Virus record (IMG/VR): IMGVR_UViG_3300027793_000078 | Location: 14,478-78,477 of that record | Direction: 5' to 3' (one strand) | Length of the DNA stretch: 64,000 nucleotides | Origin: a virus | Shown here: positions 11,239-20,874 of the stretch, in pieces | How the letters are laid out: the number at the start of each line of letters is the position of its first letter | Position numbering within the stretch: the stretch's first letter is position 1 | Notes under the pieces: model-generated | The model's database searches: none | What the model was told of the DNA's origin: nothing | What the model saw: the letters and a program-made list of their open reading frames with translations, nothing else | Program-made: the position numbers and the translations under genes

Positions 11239-11979
11239 ATGAATTTATACCGAGAATTTTACGAATCATTGAAAGAAGCTGCGTCTGAACCATTTCTTTT
11301 GGGTTATATTGGAAGAAAAGCATTTAATAATGGCAAAATAGAAGTAAAGATTGTTACAGATGATGATGCAAGACATCCTCAAGAATGGAGCGAAAGTGGA
11401 CTTACATGGAGATTTGTACCAGAAGTTAATATGTTAACATTTTGGGAAAAGCCATCAAGAGAAGAATTATTAGCCGTAAAAAACTGGTTGGAAAAAAACA
11501 AGTATGATGTAAAAAGAACTCATATTTATGGTCAATCGTACAATATCAAGCGATATGCTCCTGATACGCCTGAAATGAAAAGAAAACCGCTTGGAGTTGA
11601 TGAAAATACAAATAAAAAGTATTGTGCGGTTTTGTTGGATGAAGTATCACAAAAGAAACTTAAAAGTTTATTTGGCGATTTGATTCCTCAAAATTGGACA
11701 TTAAAATGTCATCATATGACTATTGATCCGTTCAATGAATGTGCTGATAATGTTGGAAAATCTGTGAATTTGATGTTGACACACTTTGGTAAAAGTGATA
11801 AAGCATGTGCTGTAAAAGTTGTTGGATACAAAGGAACCACGAATAATGCATTTCCTCATGTAACCATTGCCGTGAATGAAGCTGACGGCGGCAAAGCAAA
11901 AGATAGTAATACAATTACAGAATGGACACCTATTCGTAAACATATTACACTTACGGGAACAATAGAAAACTTGGAATGA
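11239..11979 (+). CDS. Tagged two-domain protein with C-terminal 2H phosphoesterase
   Basis: HHMTI and PHVTI motifs; tag YREFYESLKE; TATTTATA at 11227. Confidence 0.7.
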   Translation: MNLYREFYESLKEAASEPFLLGYIGRKAFNNGKIEVKIVTDDDARHPQEWSESGLTWRFVPEVNMLTFWEKPSREELLAVKNWLEKNKYDVKRTHIYGQSYNIKRYAPDTPEMKRKPLGVDENTNKKYCAVLLDEVSQKKLKSLFGDLIPQNWTLKCHHMTIDPFNECADNVGKSVNLMLTHFGKSDKACAVKVVGYKGTTNNAFPHVTIAVNEADGGKAKDSNTITEWTPIRKHITLTGTIENLE

Positions 11980-11983
11980 ATTT

Positions 11984-13414
11984 ATGATTAGTTTAAAAGA
12001 GTTATTGATGGAAGGAGCAAAAGAAAATGCTGCATTGGATTATTTGCAGCATTTGGTACGTAATGGGCCATTCAAAGGAAGAGTTTACCTTGCAGGCGGT
12101 GCTGTGCGTGATATGCAACTTGGTAAAGATCCAAAAGATTTGGATGTTGTTGTTACAGGCGGCATTGATGCTGGTATGGAATTTGCCAAATGGGCAACTC
12201 AATACATGAATAATTTCAAGGAAGGCAGCAATCCTGTGCTGTTTCCTACATATGGTACTGCTAAATTTACATTGAGTGGTATCGTTCATAATGGTATTGA
12301 TTTGAGTGATGTCGATATTGAAGCAGTTGCAACCAGAAAAGAAAAATATAGTAGTGGCAGTCGCAAGCCAGAAGTAAGTTCTGGTGATCTTGCCGATGAT
12401 GTTAATCGTAGAGATTTTACTGTTAATAGTCTGTTGAAAGACTTGACTAATGGTGAAATTTTGGATTTGACTGGATTGGGTAAACAAGATATTGCCGCTG
12501 GTATTATTCGCACTCCATTGAATCCTGATATTATTTTCAGTGAAGATCCTCTTCGTATGTTGAGAGCGGTTCGATTTGCTTTCAAATATGATTGGGATTT
12601 GCCATTATTTATGATTCGGGCATTGAAGCGCAATTCATCACAATTAAAAAATATTAGCAATGAACGTATTCGTGATGAACTGGATAAAATGCTTGTAACC
12701 GGTAGTCCAGATAGAGCAATTAAATTGCTACGCATTACAGGATTGTTAAACTATATCATTCCAGAATTTAAAAGTGCATACAAGATGACACAAAATGTTC
12801 ATCATAAGCATGATGTATTTACACATACGTTGGAAGTTCTGAAGAAAACTAAACCTGTGTTGGCTCAACGTTTAATGGCATTGTTTCACGATATTGGCAA
12901 AACTGTTACTCGTAGTGTAACTCCTACAGGTGTTCATTTTTATGGACACGAAGACAGTGGTGCTGATATGGCAAAAGACATTATGAAGCGACTGAAATAT
13001 CCAAATGAATTGGCTGACGCCGTTGCTTTGGGTGTTCAAAATCACATGCGCTTAAAGAGCGGCGGCGATGATGCAGTTAAACTGAGCGATAAAGCGTTGC
13101 GTAAATTTAAAGTTACTCTTGGCGATCAATTGGAAAATTTGCTTGATGTAATGCATGCAGATAATATTGCACATAGCGAAGCAAGCAGCATGCCAAATCA
13201 AATTGAAAATGTTAGAAAGCGTTTGGCAGCATTGCAAATGCCGACTGAAAAACCAAATTTACCTATCAATGGCAACGATTTGATTGCTTTGGGCTTGAAA
13301 CCGGGTCCACAATTTGCGAAGATTATGAGTGCAGTGACTGATGCTTGGTATGAAAACCCAAATATAAATCGTCAACAGGCACTTGAAATTGCTCGAAAAA
13401 TTGTAAATTTATGA
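11984..13414 (+). CDS. cca: CCA tRNA nucleotidyltransferase with HD domain
   Basis: GGAVRD, DLD, RRDFTVN, EDPLRMLRAVRF, ERIRDEL, HDIGK, KPGP. Confidence 0.92.
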   Translation: MISLKELLMEGAKENAALDYLQHLVRNGPFKGRVYLAGGAVRDMQLGKDPKDLDVVVTGGIDAGMEFAKWATQYMNNFKEGSNPVLFPTYGTAKFTLSGIVHNGIDLSDVDIEAVATRKEKYSSGSRKPEVSSGDLADDVNRRDFTVNSLLKDLTNGEILDLTGLGKQDIAAGIIRTPLNPDIIFSEDPLRMLRAVRFAFKYDWDLPLFMIRALKRNSSQLKNISNERIRDELDKMLVTGSPDRAIKLLRITGLLNYIIPEFKSAYKMTQNVHHKHDVFTHTLEVLKKTKPVLAQRLMALFHDIGKTVTRSVTPTGVHFYGHEDSGADMAKDIMKRLKYPNELADAVALGVQNHMRLKSGGDDAVKLSDKALRKFKVTLGDQLENLLDVMHADNIAHSEASSMPNQIENVRKRLAALQMPTEKPNLPINGNDLIALGLKPGPQFAKIMSAVTDAWYENPNINRQQALEIARKIVNL

Positions 13415-13641
13415 AAATCAAATGGATTATTGGGTATATTGATAGTTATGGGGCGATTCATTATAAAGCGGTAAAAATTAGTGATACTGTTGATAGCCAT
13501 AATCAAATTTGGCCGGGACGAACAAAGCAAACTAAATGGCGTTGGGTGCCCGATAAACCGTATCATTTGGATACTTATGGTATTGATTTGTGTCCAGAAG
13601 ATGAAGACAATGTTTGGAACCTGATTACCAAACTGCAATAA
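13411..13641 (+). CDS. Small hypothetical protein, similar to N-domain of 11239..11979
   Basis: IIGYI...H.Q.W...WRWVP vs LLGYI...HPQEW...WRFVP. Confidence 0.5.
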   Translation: MKIKWIIGYIDSYGAIHYKAVKISDTVDSHNQIWPGRTKQTKWRWVPDKPYHLDTYGIDLCPEDEDNVWNLITKLQ

Positions 13642-13650
13642 ATTAACCAA

Positions 13651-13686
13651 ACCCCGTAACTTTTATGAGTTACGGGGTCTTTTTTT
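13651..13686 (+). terminator. Rho-independent terminator
   Basis: ACCCCGTAAC/GTTACGGGGT stem + T tract. Confidence 0.85.
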
Positions 13687-13698
13687 ATATTTATAACT

Positions 13699-15132
13699 AT
13701 GCAATATAGCGATTTCTACAATTATTTGATAAACGAAGCGTTTGATAGTGTTTATTCTTTTTTATTGAATCCAGAACATGATGATACTGAATGGTATGAT
13801 TTGATTCGTAAATTTGAATCACATGGTGGCAAAGTTCTTGGACAAGGAAAATATGCAACTGTAATGGAGCATCCTTCTTGGAAATACGTATTGAAAGTAT
13901 TTAATGACGATGCGCCGTATATTAAATTTGTAAGATTTGCTTTGAAGAATCCACGTTCTTCATTTCCTGTATTTTATGACAAGCCTCGTAAAATTGTACC
14001 TCATTTCAAAAGATCCGAATCACATCCTTATTTGTATGTAGTTAAAACAGAAAAACTATATCCAATTAATAGAGACATATTTGGAGAAATTGAATATTAT
14101 TTGTATTACAACTATGAATTTGTTGATGATATGATTGCAAAATATAGTCGTGATAATGAAAAAGACAACATGTGGATTGAAATGAAGCACAAGTTGGAAA
14201 CATTAGAATCCAAATATCCTTCATTACCACAATTTAAAGAAGATTATAATTTTTTACTAACCAATGCTAATTTCGGTCAACTTGATATGCATGTGCATAA
14301 TATAATGCGTAGATCAAATGGAGAATTTGTTTTAATTGATCCATTTTGGCAAGGAGAATCAATTCATCAAATTCAAAAACGAGCATTTGATGCAGAAACA
14401 GATTATCCATATGACGAATATATTGCTTCTCCTATGTTAAAAGGTGGAGAATTACCAAAGAGAAAGCAGGTTCGTAAAATTAATTACAAACCAAAAGAAC
14501 CAGACTATAAGGCATCATATGGCGATGATTTTCCATTTTTTGAACAAAAAGTTAATAAAAAAGAATACGAACGTAGATATGAATTCATTCAAAAATATAT
14601 TGAGTCTTTAATTGAAAAAGCTCCCGGCAAAAATCGTGAAGAAAAATTAACTTATGTCTGGAATCATCACAAATCAACAATGGAAAAACTCATAGCAGGA
14701 TCACGCGCTTTGAGTAAACCATCCATTTTTGGTCGGATTGGTGATGAACATCCAGATTCTTATAAATCAAAATTTACAGCAGATAAGTATTATATTCGTT
14801 TTGGTGATTTGCCAAAAGGCGGCAAATCGAAAAACTATGCCACCAACGAAATGGAAATAGGAATTAGTTCTTATCCTGTTAAATGGAATATAGAAAAAAA
14901 TAAATGGGAAATAATTGAAGATCAATTGGAAGAATTTTCAGCACTTCATAGTTTGATATATGATATAACTATAGGAGAAGGACGACCTGTTTATTTGATT
15001 CAAGGTCAAGAATTGAATGATTTGGGTAGTGACGGAGAACCTATGTTGGATGTTAACAAAATTAAAATTATTAAACAATTACAGCCAGATGAATTCTTTA
15101 GTAAAGAATTAGGAAACAATTGGTATAGATAA
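13699..15132 (+). CDS. Protein kinase-like domain fused to unknown C-terminal domain(s), N-terminal tag
   Basis: VLGQGKYATV (Gly loop), VLKVF, DMHVHNIM, VLIDP; tag MQYSDFYNYLINE. Confidence 0.7.
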   Translation: MQYSDFYNYLINEAFDSVYSFLLNPEHDDTEWYDLIRKFESHGGKVLGQGKYATVMEHPSWKYVLKVFNDDAPYIKFVRFALKNPRSSFPVFYDKPRKIVPHFKRSESHPYLYVVKTEKLYPINRDIFGEIEYYLYYNYEFVDDMIAKYSRDNEKDNMWIEMKHKLETLESKYPSLPQFKEDYNFLLTNANFGQLDMHVHNIMRRSNGEFVLIDPFWQGESIHQIQKRAFDAETDYPYDEYIASPMLKGGELPKRKQVRKINYKPKEPDYKASYGDDFPFFEQKVNKKEYERRYEFIQKYIESLIEKAPGKNREEKLTYVWNHHKSTMEKLIAGSRALSKPSIFGRIGDEHPDSYKSKFTADKYYIRFGDLPKGGKSKNYATNEMEIGISSYPVKWNIEKNKWEIIEDQLEEFSALHSLIYDITIGEGRPVYLIQGQELNDLGSDGEPMLDVNKIKIIKQLQPDEFFSKELGNNWYR

Positions 15133-15147
15133 TAATATATATAAAAT

Positions 15148-15741
15148 ATGCATTTATCTAGATACGCAAAATTATTGGTTGAAAGTAACTTAACCCACGA
15201 TTCGTTTGGTCGTAAAATCAAAGCGGCAATTGAGACTATTTTTGATGTTGACGATGTAAACATACAAAAAACAAATTTTTCAAAAGGTCCAAAATTTGCA
15301 AATTCGCATTTTAGTGCTGTTTTAATTTTTAAGTATCGTAATATTCCTTTAGAAATGACAGTTCATTTTTATCACTTGAAATTTTCGAAAAGCGAATTGA
15401 AACATTTAACAACCAATCAATTTATGGATATGGTTCAATCTTCTGAATCTATACCCAAAATTGAAACGCCGGAAGATATATTGCGTTCTCCAAATATTCA
15501 AGTTATGTTAAGTGCTGTTTTAACGTATAAACCAGTTACATACACCAAAGACATTATCGGTATAGATGACATGGAAGATGTTAAAGACATTCATATCGGA
15601 ATCGTTAATTCAAATAATATAAGAAATTTAATGATCAAAGCAAAACAATTGATAGATAAATTGGGCGGAGATGATAATGCTCCTGATGAACCTGAACCGG
15701 TAGCGCCAATTCCTACAAATAAAAAATTAGTACCTGTATGA
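15148..15741 (+). CDS. Hypothetical protein with N-terminal tag
   Basis: Starts LSRYAKLLVES; Pro-rich tail. Confidence 0.55.
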   Translation: MHLSRYAKLLVESNLTHDSFGRKIKAAIETIFDVDDVNIQKTNFSKGPKFANSHFSAVLIFKYRNIPLEMTVHFYHLKFSKSELKHLTTNQFMDMVQSSESIPKIETPEDILRSPNIQVMLSAVLTYKPVTYTKDIIGIDDMEDVKDIHIGIVNSNNIRNLMIKAKQLIDKLGGDDNAPDEPEPVAPIPTNKKLVPV

Positions 15742-16070
15742 AAAATAAAATATCGTTAAAATCAATCTTAAAAGAAGCAATGATTATATTGCCTTTTGAT
15801 GTTAGAAGCAGTGGTGTTGGTGATTTTTATATTCAAATGGATGGTAACAATGCTGGCAAACCGTTTAAAGTAAAACCAGAAAAGGGCAATTATTATGCTG
15901 TAATTACAGATAAAAATATATTATTGCCAGAATATTTTTATTATGTAGTTGAGTATTTATATACATCCGGTGCATTCAAACAAGTTATTCATGGTACAAC
16001 AGTGCCACACTTGAATATCAAAGGATTTACTGAGGTTGTAGCTAAGTTTTTCTTTAAGACACCAAAGTAA
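15738..16070 (+). CDS. Stand-alone type I restriction S-subunit (HsdS TRD)-like fragment with N-terminal tag
   Basis: ILLPEYFYYVV..L......GTTVPHLN resembles the HsdS conserved segment; tag ISLKSILKE. Confidence 0.55.
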   Translation: MKNKISLKSILKEAMIILPFDVRSSGVGDFYIQMDGNNAGKPFKVKPEKGNYYAVITDKNILLPEYFYYVVEYLYTSGAFKQVIHGTTVPHLNIKGFTEVVAKFFFKTPK

Positions 16071-16076
16071 GATAAA

Positions 16077-16688
16077 TTAAACTTTTACTTTATCGAATTC
16101 AAGGTTATACTTCTTGCACATCTCAAGACATTTGCTATACGCCGCAAATGCTTCTGCTTTATTTGGACTTTGTGAAAGACGTTTCAACTTCTTGATTGTT
16201 TGATAAGTTGAGTGTGTCATTTCACCATAAATAAATTCATCCATTGCGGGTGCATGTTCAGCAGTTTTTTCAGTTGCCTCATCATGTTGCCAGCTACCAA
16301 ATTTGGTATTTTGTTCATTTAACAACAATTCTGGATTCTTATCCAAGTCTTCAACCAATCTGTTGAAATTAATGTTGTTGGCATCTGGATGTTCACGCAA
16401 TAGAAAATAAAGCATATTTAATATTGGAGTTCGTACTGTTGGACAAAAATTGGTTTGTGTTTCAAGAATTTCTTGTTCTGTAAAACCCTGTTTTTTACCC
16501 TCGGCAATCAATAATTGCATTTTTTTTGTACCCTCTTTTACTTCCTCGTTGTACTTAACAGTATAATTGGTAGCAGCTTCACTTAAATTTTTGTGTGATT
16601 TTTTGATCTCAGCTACTTGCTCTTTTAATCTAAAAGCAAAATCAGGATTCTTCTCAAAAACACTCAATGCATAATTATTGTTACTCAT
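16077..16688 (-). CDS. Hypothetical protein with C-terminal DUF2786-like domain
   Basis: IKKLKRLSQSPNKAEAFAAYSKCLEMCKKYNL. Confidence 0.55.
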   Translation of the reverse strand: MSNNNYALSVFEKNPDFAFRLKEQVAEIKKSHKNLSEAATNYTVKYNEEVKEGTKKMQLLIAEGKKQGFTEQEILETQTNFCPTVRTPILNMLYFLLREHPDANNINFNRLVEDLDKNPELLLNEQNTKFGSWQHDEATEKTAEHAPAMDEFIYGEMTHSTYQTIKKLKRLSQSPNKAEAFAAYSKCLEMCKKYNLEFDKVKV

Positions 16689-16757
16689 ATATACATATAT
16701 ATGAAGCAACTATTATAAAAACCTTGACTTTTTCATTTTTCTAGGTATTGTTGCCAT

Positions 16758-17798
16758 ATGAACAACGAAGATGTATTTGATGTGCCAAAGCCAAAAACGA
16801 AACTATTTGGTGAACGTGCCGCCCGTGTAACCACGGCAGAAATGAATGCTGTGTTTAACGAAATTCGCGGCATTTTTGCTGGTAGCACATACATTAGTCG
16901 CATGGATTTGAGCAAACCATTGCCTAGTAAAGAAGATCATGGTGATATTGACATTGTGGTGGAAACTTCACCGGGCACGGACTTGAAAGAGTATATTCGA
17001 TCATATCTTGTATATTCAGATCACTTTAAAAATTACCTAGTTGAAACGGTTAATAACGGCCCTATTATGCATTGTTTGTTTCATAGCTCGGCTATAAATA
17101 AACAAGTTCATGTGGATTTCATTTTTGCAAGTCCAGCAGAATATGATTCTACTCTGATGTATTTGGCCTACAACGACTTTAGTGGTATTTTGGGTGTAGT
17201 TACTCGAAAGCTAAAGTTTAACTACGGCAACAAAGGAATGTTTAAAATCTATGTGGACAAAAAGGGGCAATATCATTATATTCTATTGACTCACAACTTG
17301 GTTGATGGATTGAAGATGATGGGGTATGGAAACATTATTCACACCTATTATCATATTCAAAACAATGAAGATATTTCCAAGTTTATTGGATACAGTGATT
17401 TGTTTGATAGCAGCTATTTGATTGGAAGCGATTTGAATCGTGGTGATCGTAAACGTATGCGAGCAGGTCGCCCAAGTGCCCGTGATCTTAAAGGTAAATT
17501 GGTTGACCTAAATAAGAAGCGCAGTCAGATGGACGATGACTATTATTTCAAATTGTTGTTTCCTGACAAGTACGCTGAGTATTTGGCAAAATGCAAAGCT
17601 ATTGAAGATTATATTCCTCCCAAGAGCAAATACAATGGTAATTGGCTGATGCAAAAGTTTCCGGCAATCAAACCGGGACCAATCATTGGTAAAATTCAGT
17701 TGTATTGGTTGAAACGATATGGCGATCAACTAGACAATATTGACGAAAATCAATTGATTAGTGATACAAGTCAATATATTGCAGAAAATACAGTTTAA
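16758..17798 (+). CDS. Pol-beta-superfamily nucleotidyltransferase-like protein
   Basis: KEDHGDIDIVV, VHVDF; C-terminal KPGPIIGKI like CCA-enzyme tails; sigma70-like promoter immediately upstream. Confidence 0.6.
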   Translation: MNNEDVFDVPKPKTKLFGERAARVTTAEMNAVFNEIRGIFAGSTYISRMDLSKPLPSKEDHGDIDIVVETSPGTDLKEYIRSYLVYSDHFKNYLVETVNNGPIMHCLFHSSAINKQVHVDFIFASPAEYDSTLMYLAYNDFSGILGVVTRKLKFNYGNKGMFKIYVDKKGQYHYILLTHNLVDGLKMMGYGNIIHTYYHIQNNEDISKFIGYSDLFDSSYLIGSDLNRGDRKRMRAGRPSARDLKGKLVDLNKKRSQMDDDYYFKLLFPDKYAEYLAKCKAIEDYIPPKSKYNGNWLMQKFPAIKPGPIIGKIQLYWLKRYGDQLDNIDENQLISDTSQYIAENTV

Positions 17799-17802
17799 TA
17801 AC

Positions 17803-17833
17803 AAAACCCCGTCAAAAACGACGGGGTTTTTTT
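17803..17833 (+). terminator. Rho-independent terminator
   Basis: AAAACCCCGTC/GACGGGGTTTT + T tract. Confidence 0.85.
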
Positions 17834-17866
17834 CTAATTTTACTGAGAGACAGTATATTTATTGAT

Positions 17867-19240
17867 ATGCCTATACCAACAGACCACTTGATACTAGAAG
17901 GTAGAATATCAGATTTTAAGAAAAAGTATGCCTACAAATTGGCACCTGCGACTGTTAATTATATTATTGCCAATGATCCTAGTAAAAATCAGAAATATTT
18001 AGATTGGATAGGTAAATCTCTTGTGGCAGCAGATGAAGATGACGATTATATATCTCCAGAAGAAATGATGAAAGACATTGCATTGTTTCACAAAAATATC
18101 AAAGGCGTTGATATATACTCTCTCAAATCATTTGATCAATTGCAATCATTGGTACACAAACAAACAGAACCTTCATCAAGACAAAAAATACTTCAAGGCG
18201 CAGATATAATTGTAAATGATAAAAATTGGTTGGTTGTGGCTCCTAAAACACATGATGCAAGTATGTTTTTTGGTGGAAGCACTCGTTGGTGTATTAGTAC
18301 AAGTTCAGAATCTCACTGGGATAAACATTACAATGAGGATGGTGAAGCCATCATCATGCTTAAAAATAGAAAGAAAACATCAAGTAGCTTAGATTGGAAA
18401 CTTTGTTTAACTGTTCAACCGGGAGAAAGTGATTTGGATTATGCGTATATGTATGATGTTAAAGATTATGGAACAAGTGTTCGCAACAGCAGTTTTTATT
18501 CTTATGTCCCAGAATATGTGGTAGATAAAATAAATGATTATTTGTATAACAATCATGATGGTGCAGATCGTAGAGACACTTATACTCAAGAAAAAGAAGA
18601 AAAAGAAATAGAAGAATATATGCAACGTGAAGTAGTTGATGATATTCTAGCGAAATATATTCGACTAATAAGAGTAAAATATCCCAAATATGCAGAAAAA
18701 TTCAGTCGGGGTGATTTATTAGAATTTATTGATGAATTTGTTGGCGAAGAAATAGTAAAACAAATGTGCCGGCACATAGCTTCTTCGGCTATTGGTGAAT
18801 ATGGGTGGCAAGATATGCATATAAGAAGTTTGCAAGAGTTTGATAATTTTTTATACAGAGATTCACCAAGTAACGCCAATTTTTTCAATTATGCATTGGT
18901 AAGTTACGTTAATAAAGTTCTAGGAGTAGATATGTTATTAAATATAATTGAAAACAATATCGGCACATCAAACTTTAACCGGCTTGACTCGGATTATGAA
19001 ATAACAAACGCTTTAAATGATTGTGTTGAAAAATATGCGCTTGCGATAAATCAAGCAAACCAATTGCAATTACCAAACTTTCCACAAACAAAAGAAAAGT
19101 TTAAAAAATATGATATTGACGCCATTATTGAATTGCTAATAAAATATGGATATGATCAATTAGCAAATATAATAAAGTCATATAGCGTGAGAAAATTGCA
19201 AGAAATGCAATACAAACAATTCATTGTTTTCATGGTTTAA
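17867..19240 (+). CDS. Hypothetical protein with WCIS-motif domain (distant relative of first two ORFs), tagged
   Basis: DPSKNQKYLDWI, PKTHDAS...TRWCIS; starts HLILEG. Confidence 0.6.
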   Translation: MPIPTDHLILEGRISDFKKKYAYKLAPATVNYIIANDPSKNQKYLDWIGKSLVAADEDDDYISPEEMMKDIALFHKNIKGVDIYSLKSFDQLQSLVHKQTEPSSRQKILQGADIIVNDKNWLVVAPKTHDASMFFGGSTRWCISTSSESHWDKHYNEDGEAIIMLKNRKKTSSSLDWKLCLTVQPGESDLDYAYMYDVKDYGTSVRNSSFYSYVPEYVVDKINDYLYNNHDGADRRDTYTQEKEEKEIEEYMQREVVDDILAKYIRLIRVKYPKYAEKFSRGDLLEFIDEFVGEEIVKQMCRHIASSAIGEYGWQDMHIRSLQEFDNFLYRDSPSNANFFNYALVSYVNKVLGVDMLLNIIENNIGTSNFNRLDSDYEITNALNDCVEKYALAINQANQLQLPNFPQTKEKFKKYDIDAIIELLIKYGYDQLANIIKSYSVRKLQEMQYKQFIVFMV

Positions 19241-19256
19241 AAAACTATTTATACAA

Positions 19257-19598
19257 GTGACAAAGAACCAATTAAAGCAACTTATTGTTGAAGCTGTTAT
19301 TGAAACACAACAACAGCAAATTGATAATTTTTTAAGTGAATTTGCAAACTTCAACCTCAAAGAAGAAAAGAAACGTCTCAAAATATTAACTCGACGTTTA
19401 CAGGAATTGCATCGACATGCAAATACTGAATTGTTTAATAAATCTGATAAATATACAAGAGCGTTTTGGAAATTAAAAGAAGAAATTAAACAATTAAATG
19501 AAAAACTCAAACGCTACGAATCAGAAAAAGACTTAATTGATATATTTGCAAGAACACACAAACAATACGTTTTTAAAAAACATGGAAAAATTATATGA
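19257..19598 (+). CDS. Coiled-coil hypothetical protein with N-terminal tag (GTG start)
   Basis: GTG 3 nt after TATTTATA; (M)TKNQLKQLIVEAVIE. Confidence 0.55.
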   Translation: MTKNQLKQLIVEAVIETQQQQIDNFLSEFANFNLKEEKKRLKILTRRLQELHRHANTELFNKSDKYTRAFWKLKEEIKQLNEKLKRYESEKDLIDIFARTHKQYVFKKHGKII

Positions 19599-19882
19599 TA
19601 TTTGAAACCGACAAATTTGAATTTGAAATGGGCAGAATGGGATCATTGCATGCCACAAATGGATTTATTATAAAATACAAATGTGGCAAGGAAACATGTG
19701 AGATAAAATATGGAACCAGAACCAAGTTATCTACAATTAACGTGGGCAATGAACAAGCTGAAAAAGTTATTATTGATTTGATAAAAACAAATGTTAAAGA
19801 TAAAGATGCAAGAATTGAAAGCGTTGCCCGTGGCAAACAGAAAAATTCTACATATTTATCGATAATGGAAACATTAATATAA
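19595..19882 (+). CDS. Hypothetical protein
   Basis: ORF overlapping upstream stop (ATGA). Confidence 0.5.
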   Translation: MIFETDKFEFEMGRMGSLHATNGFIIKYKCGKETCEIKYGTRTKLSTINVGNEQAEKVIIDLIKTNVKDKDARIESVARGKQKNSTYLSIMETLI

Positions 19883-19894
19883 AGGAATAAAATT

Positions 19895-20104
19895 ATGATA
19901 GTCGCAGGTGGAATCGTAACACAAAAACCAATAGGTATTGTTAGTAACAATCCTAATTTTGCACAACAACAAGCACAAGCAGCGCAACGTGAAGCAGCAA
20001 AACAAGCTCAAGTTGACGCACTGGCAGCTAAATTAGCAGCGCAACATCAAGCACAACAAGCTCAAGCAGCAGACCACCAAAAAAAATGGACTGTAAAGTT
20101 CTAA
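19895..20104 (+). CDS. Small Gln/Ala-rich protein
   Basis: Low-complexity QA helix. Confidence 0.45.
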   Translation: MIVAGGIVTQKPIGIVSNNPNFAQQQAQAAQREAAKQAQVDALAAKLAAQHQAQQAQAADHQKKWTVKF

Positions 20105-20121
20105 TATAATATTTATTATAG

Positions 20122-20871
20122 ATGCAATCTAATAATTACAACATTGACGCGGAACTTGAACAGATTCTTCTTACAGAAGGATGGTTTGGTAATGTTCCTA
20201 GACTTGCATCTGTTGGTGGTTTGGCAGCAGCATTGGCATTTAATCCTACACAAGCAAAACCTGTAAATGTTTCTACTGTAAAACACTCTGTTGCTGCCGA
20301 TCTCCAATCTACAAAACCAAAAAGTACGCCGACTGTTACACCGTCAACAAGCAAAGAAGTTAAACCTTCAAATATATCAACCAGCTCAATGTTTGATTAT
20401 ATTAGCCAGTGGGAAGGCTTAAAAACAAAGGTATATAAAGATCATGTCGGAAATCCTACAATTGGAATAGGTCATTATTTGGATGGCAGTGAAACTGACA
20501 GAAATATTATTAAGACGATTTTTGGTGGATCTGTTGATTATGATTCTTTGCTGAAAGGATCACAAACATTGACCAAAGATCAAGTTGAAAAACTATTCAA
20601 CGTTGATGTAAAGATAAAAGAAAAACTAGCATCCAAGCTGATTCCAGACTACAATAGCTTTGATAAAAATACTAAGAATGCAATTGTTAACGCATTGTAT
20701 CGTGGTGATTTAGGACAAAAAACTATCAAGTTAATAAATGCCAAGGATTGGAAAAAGGCAGCAGCAGAGTATTTGAATCACTCTAATGCAAAGTCAGGTC
20801 CAGACCAAGTAAAACGTAGAATGAAAACCAATGCTGCATTGTTATACAAAAACGCTTCAAAGTCTCTTTAA
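20122..20871 (+). CDS. GH24 / T4-type lysozyme with N-terminal tag, hydrophobic segment and Ser/Thr/Pro linker
   Basis: WEGLKTKVYKDHVGNPTIGIGH; starts QILLTEG. Confidence 0.85.
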   Translation: MQSNNYNIDAELEQILLTEGWFGNVPRLASVGGLAAALAFNPTQAKPVNVSTVKHSVAADLQSTKPKSTPTVTPSTSKEVKPSNISTSSMFDYISQWEGLKTKVYKDHVGNPTIGIGHYLDGSETDRNIIKTIFGGSVDYDSLLKGSQTLTKDQVEKLFNVDVKIKEKLASKLIPDYNSFDKNTKNAIVNALYRGDLGQKTIKLINAKDWKKAAAEYLNHSNAKSGPDQVKRRMKTNAALLYKNASKSL

Positions 20872-20874
20872 TAT

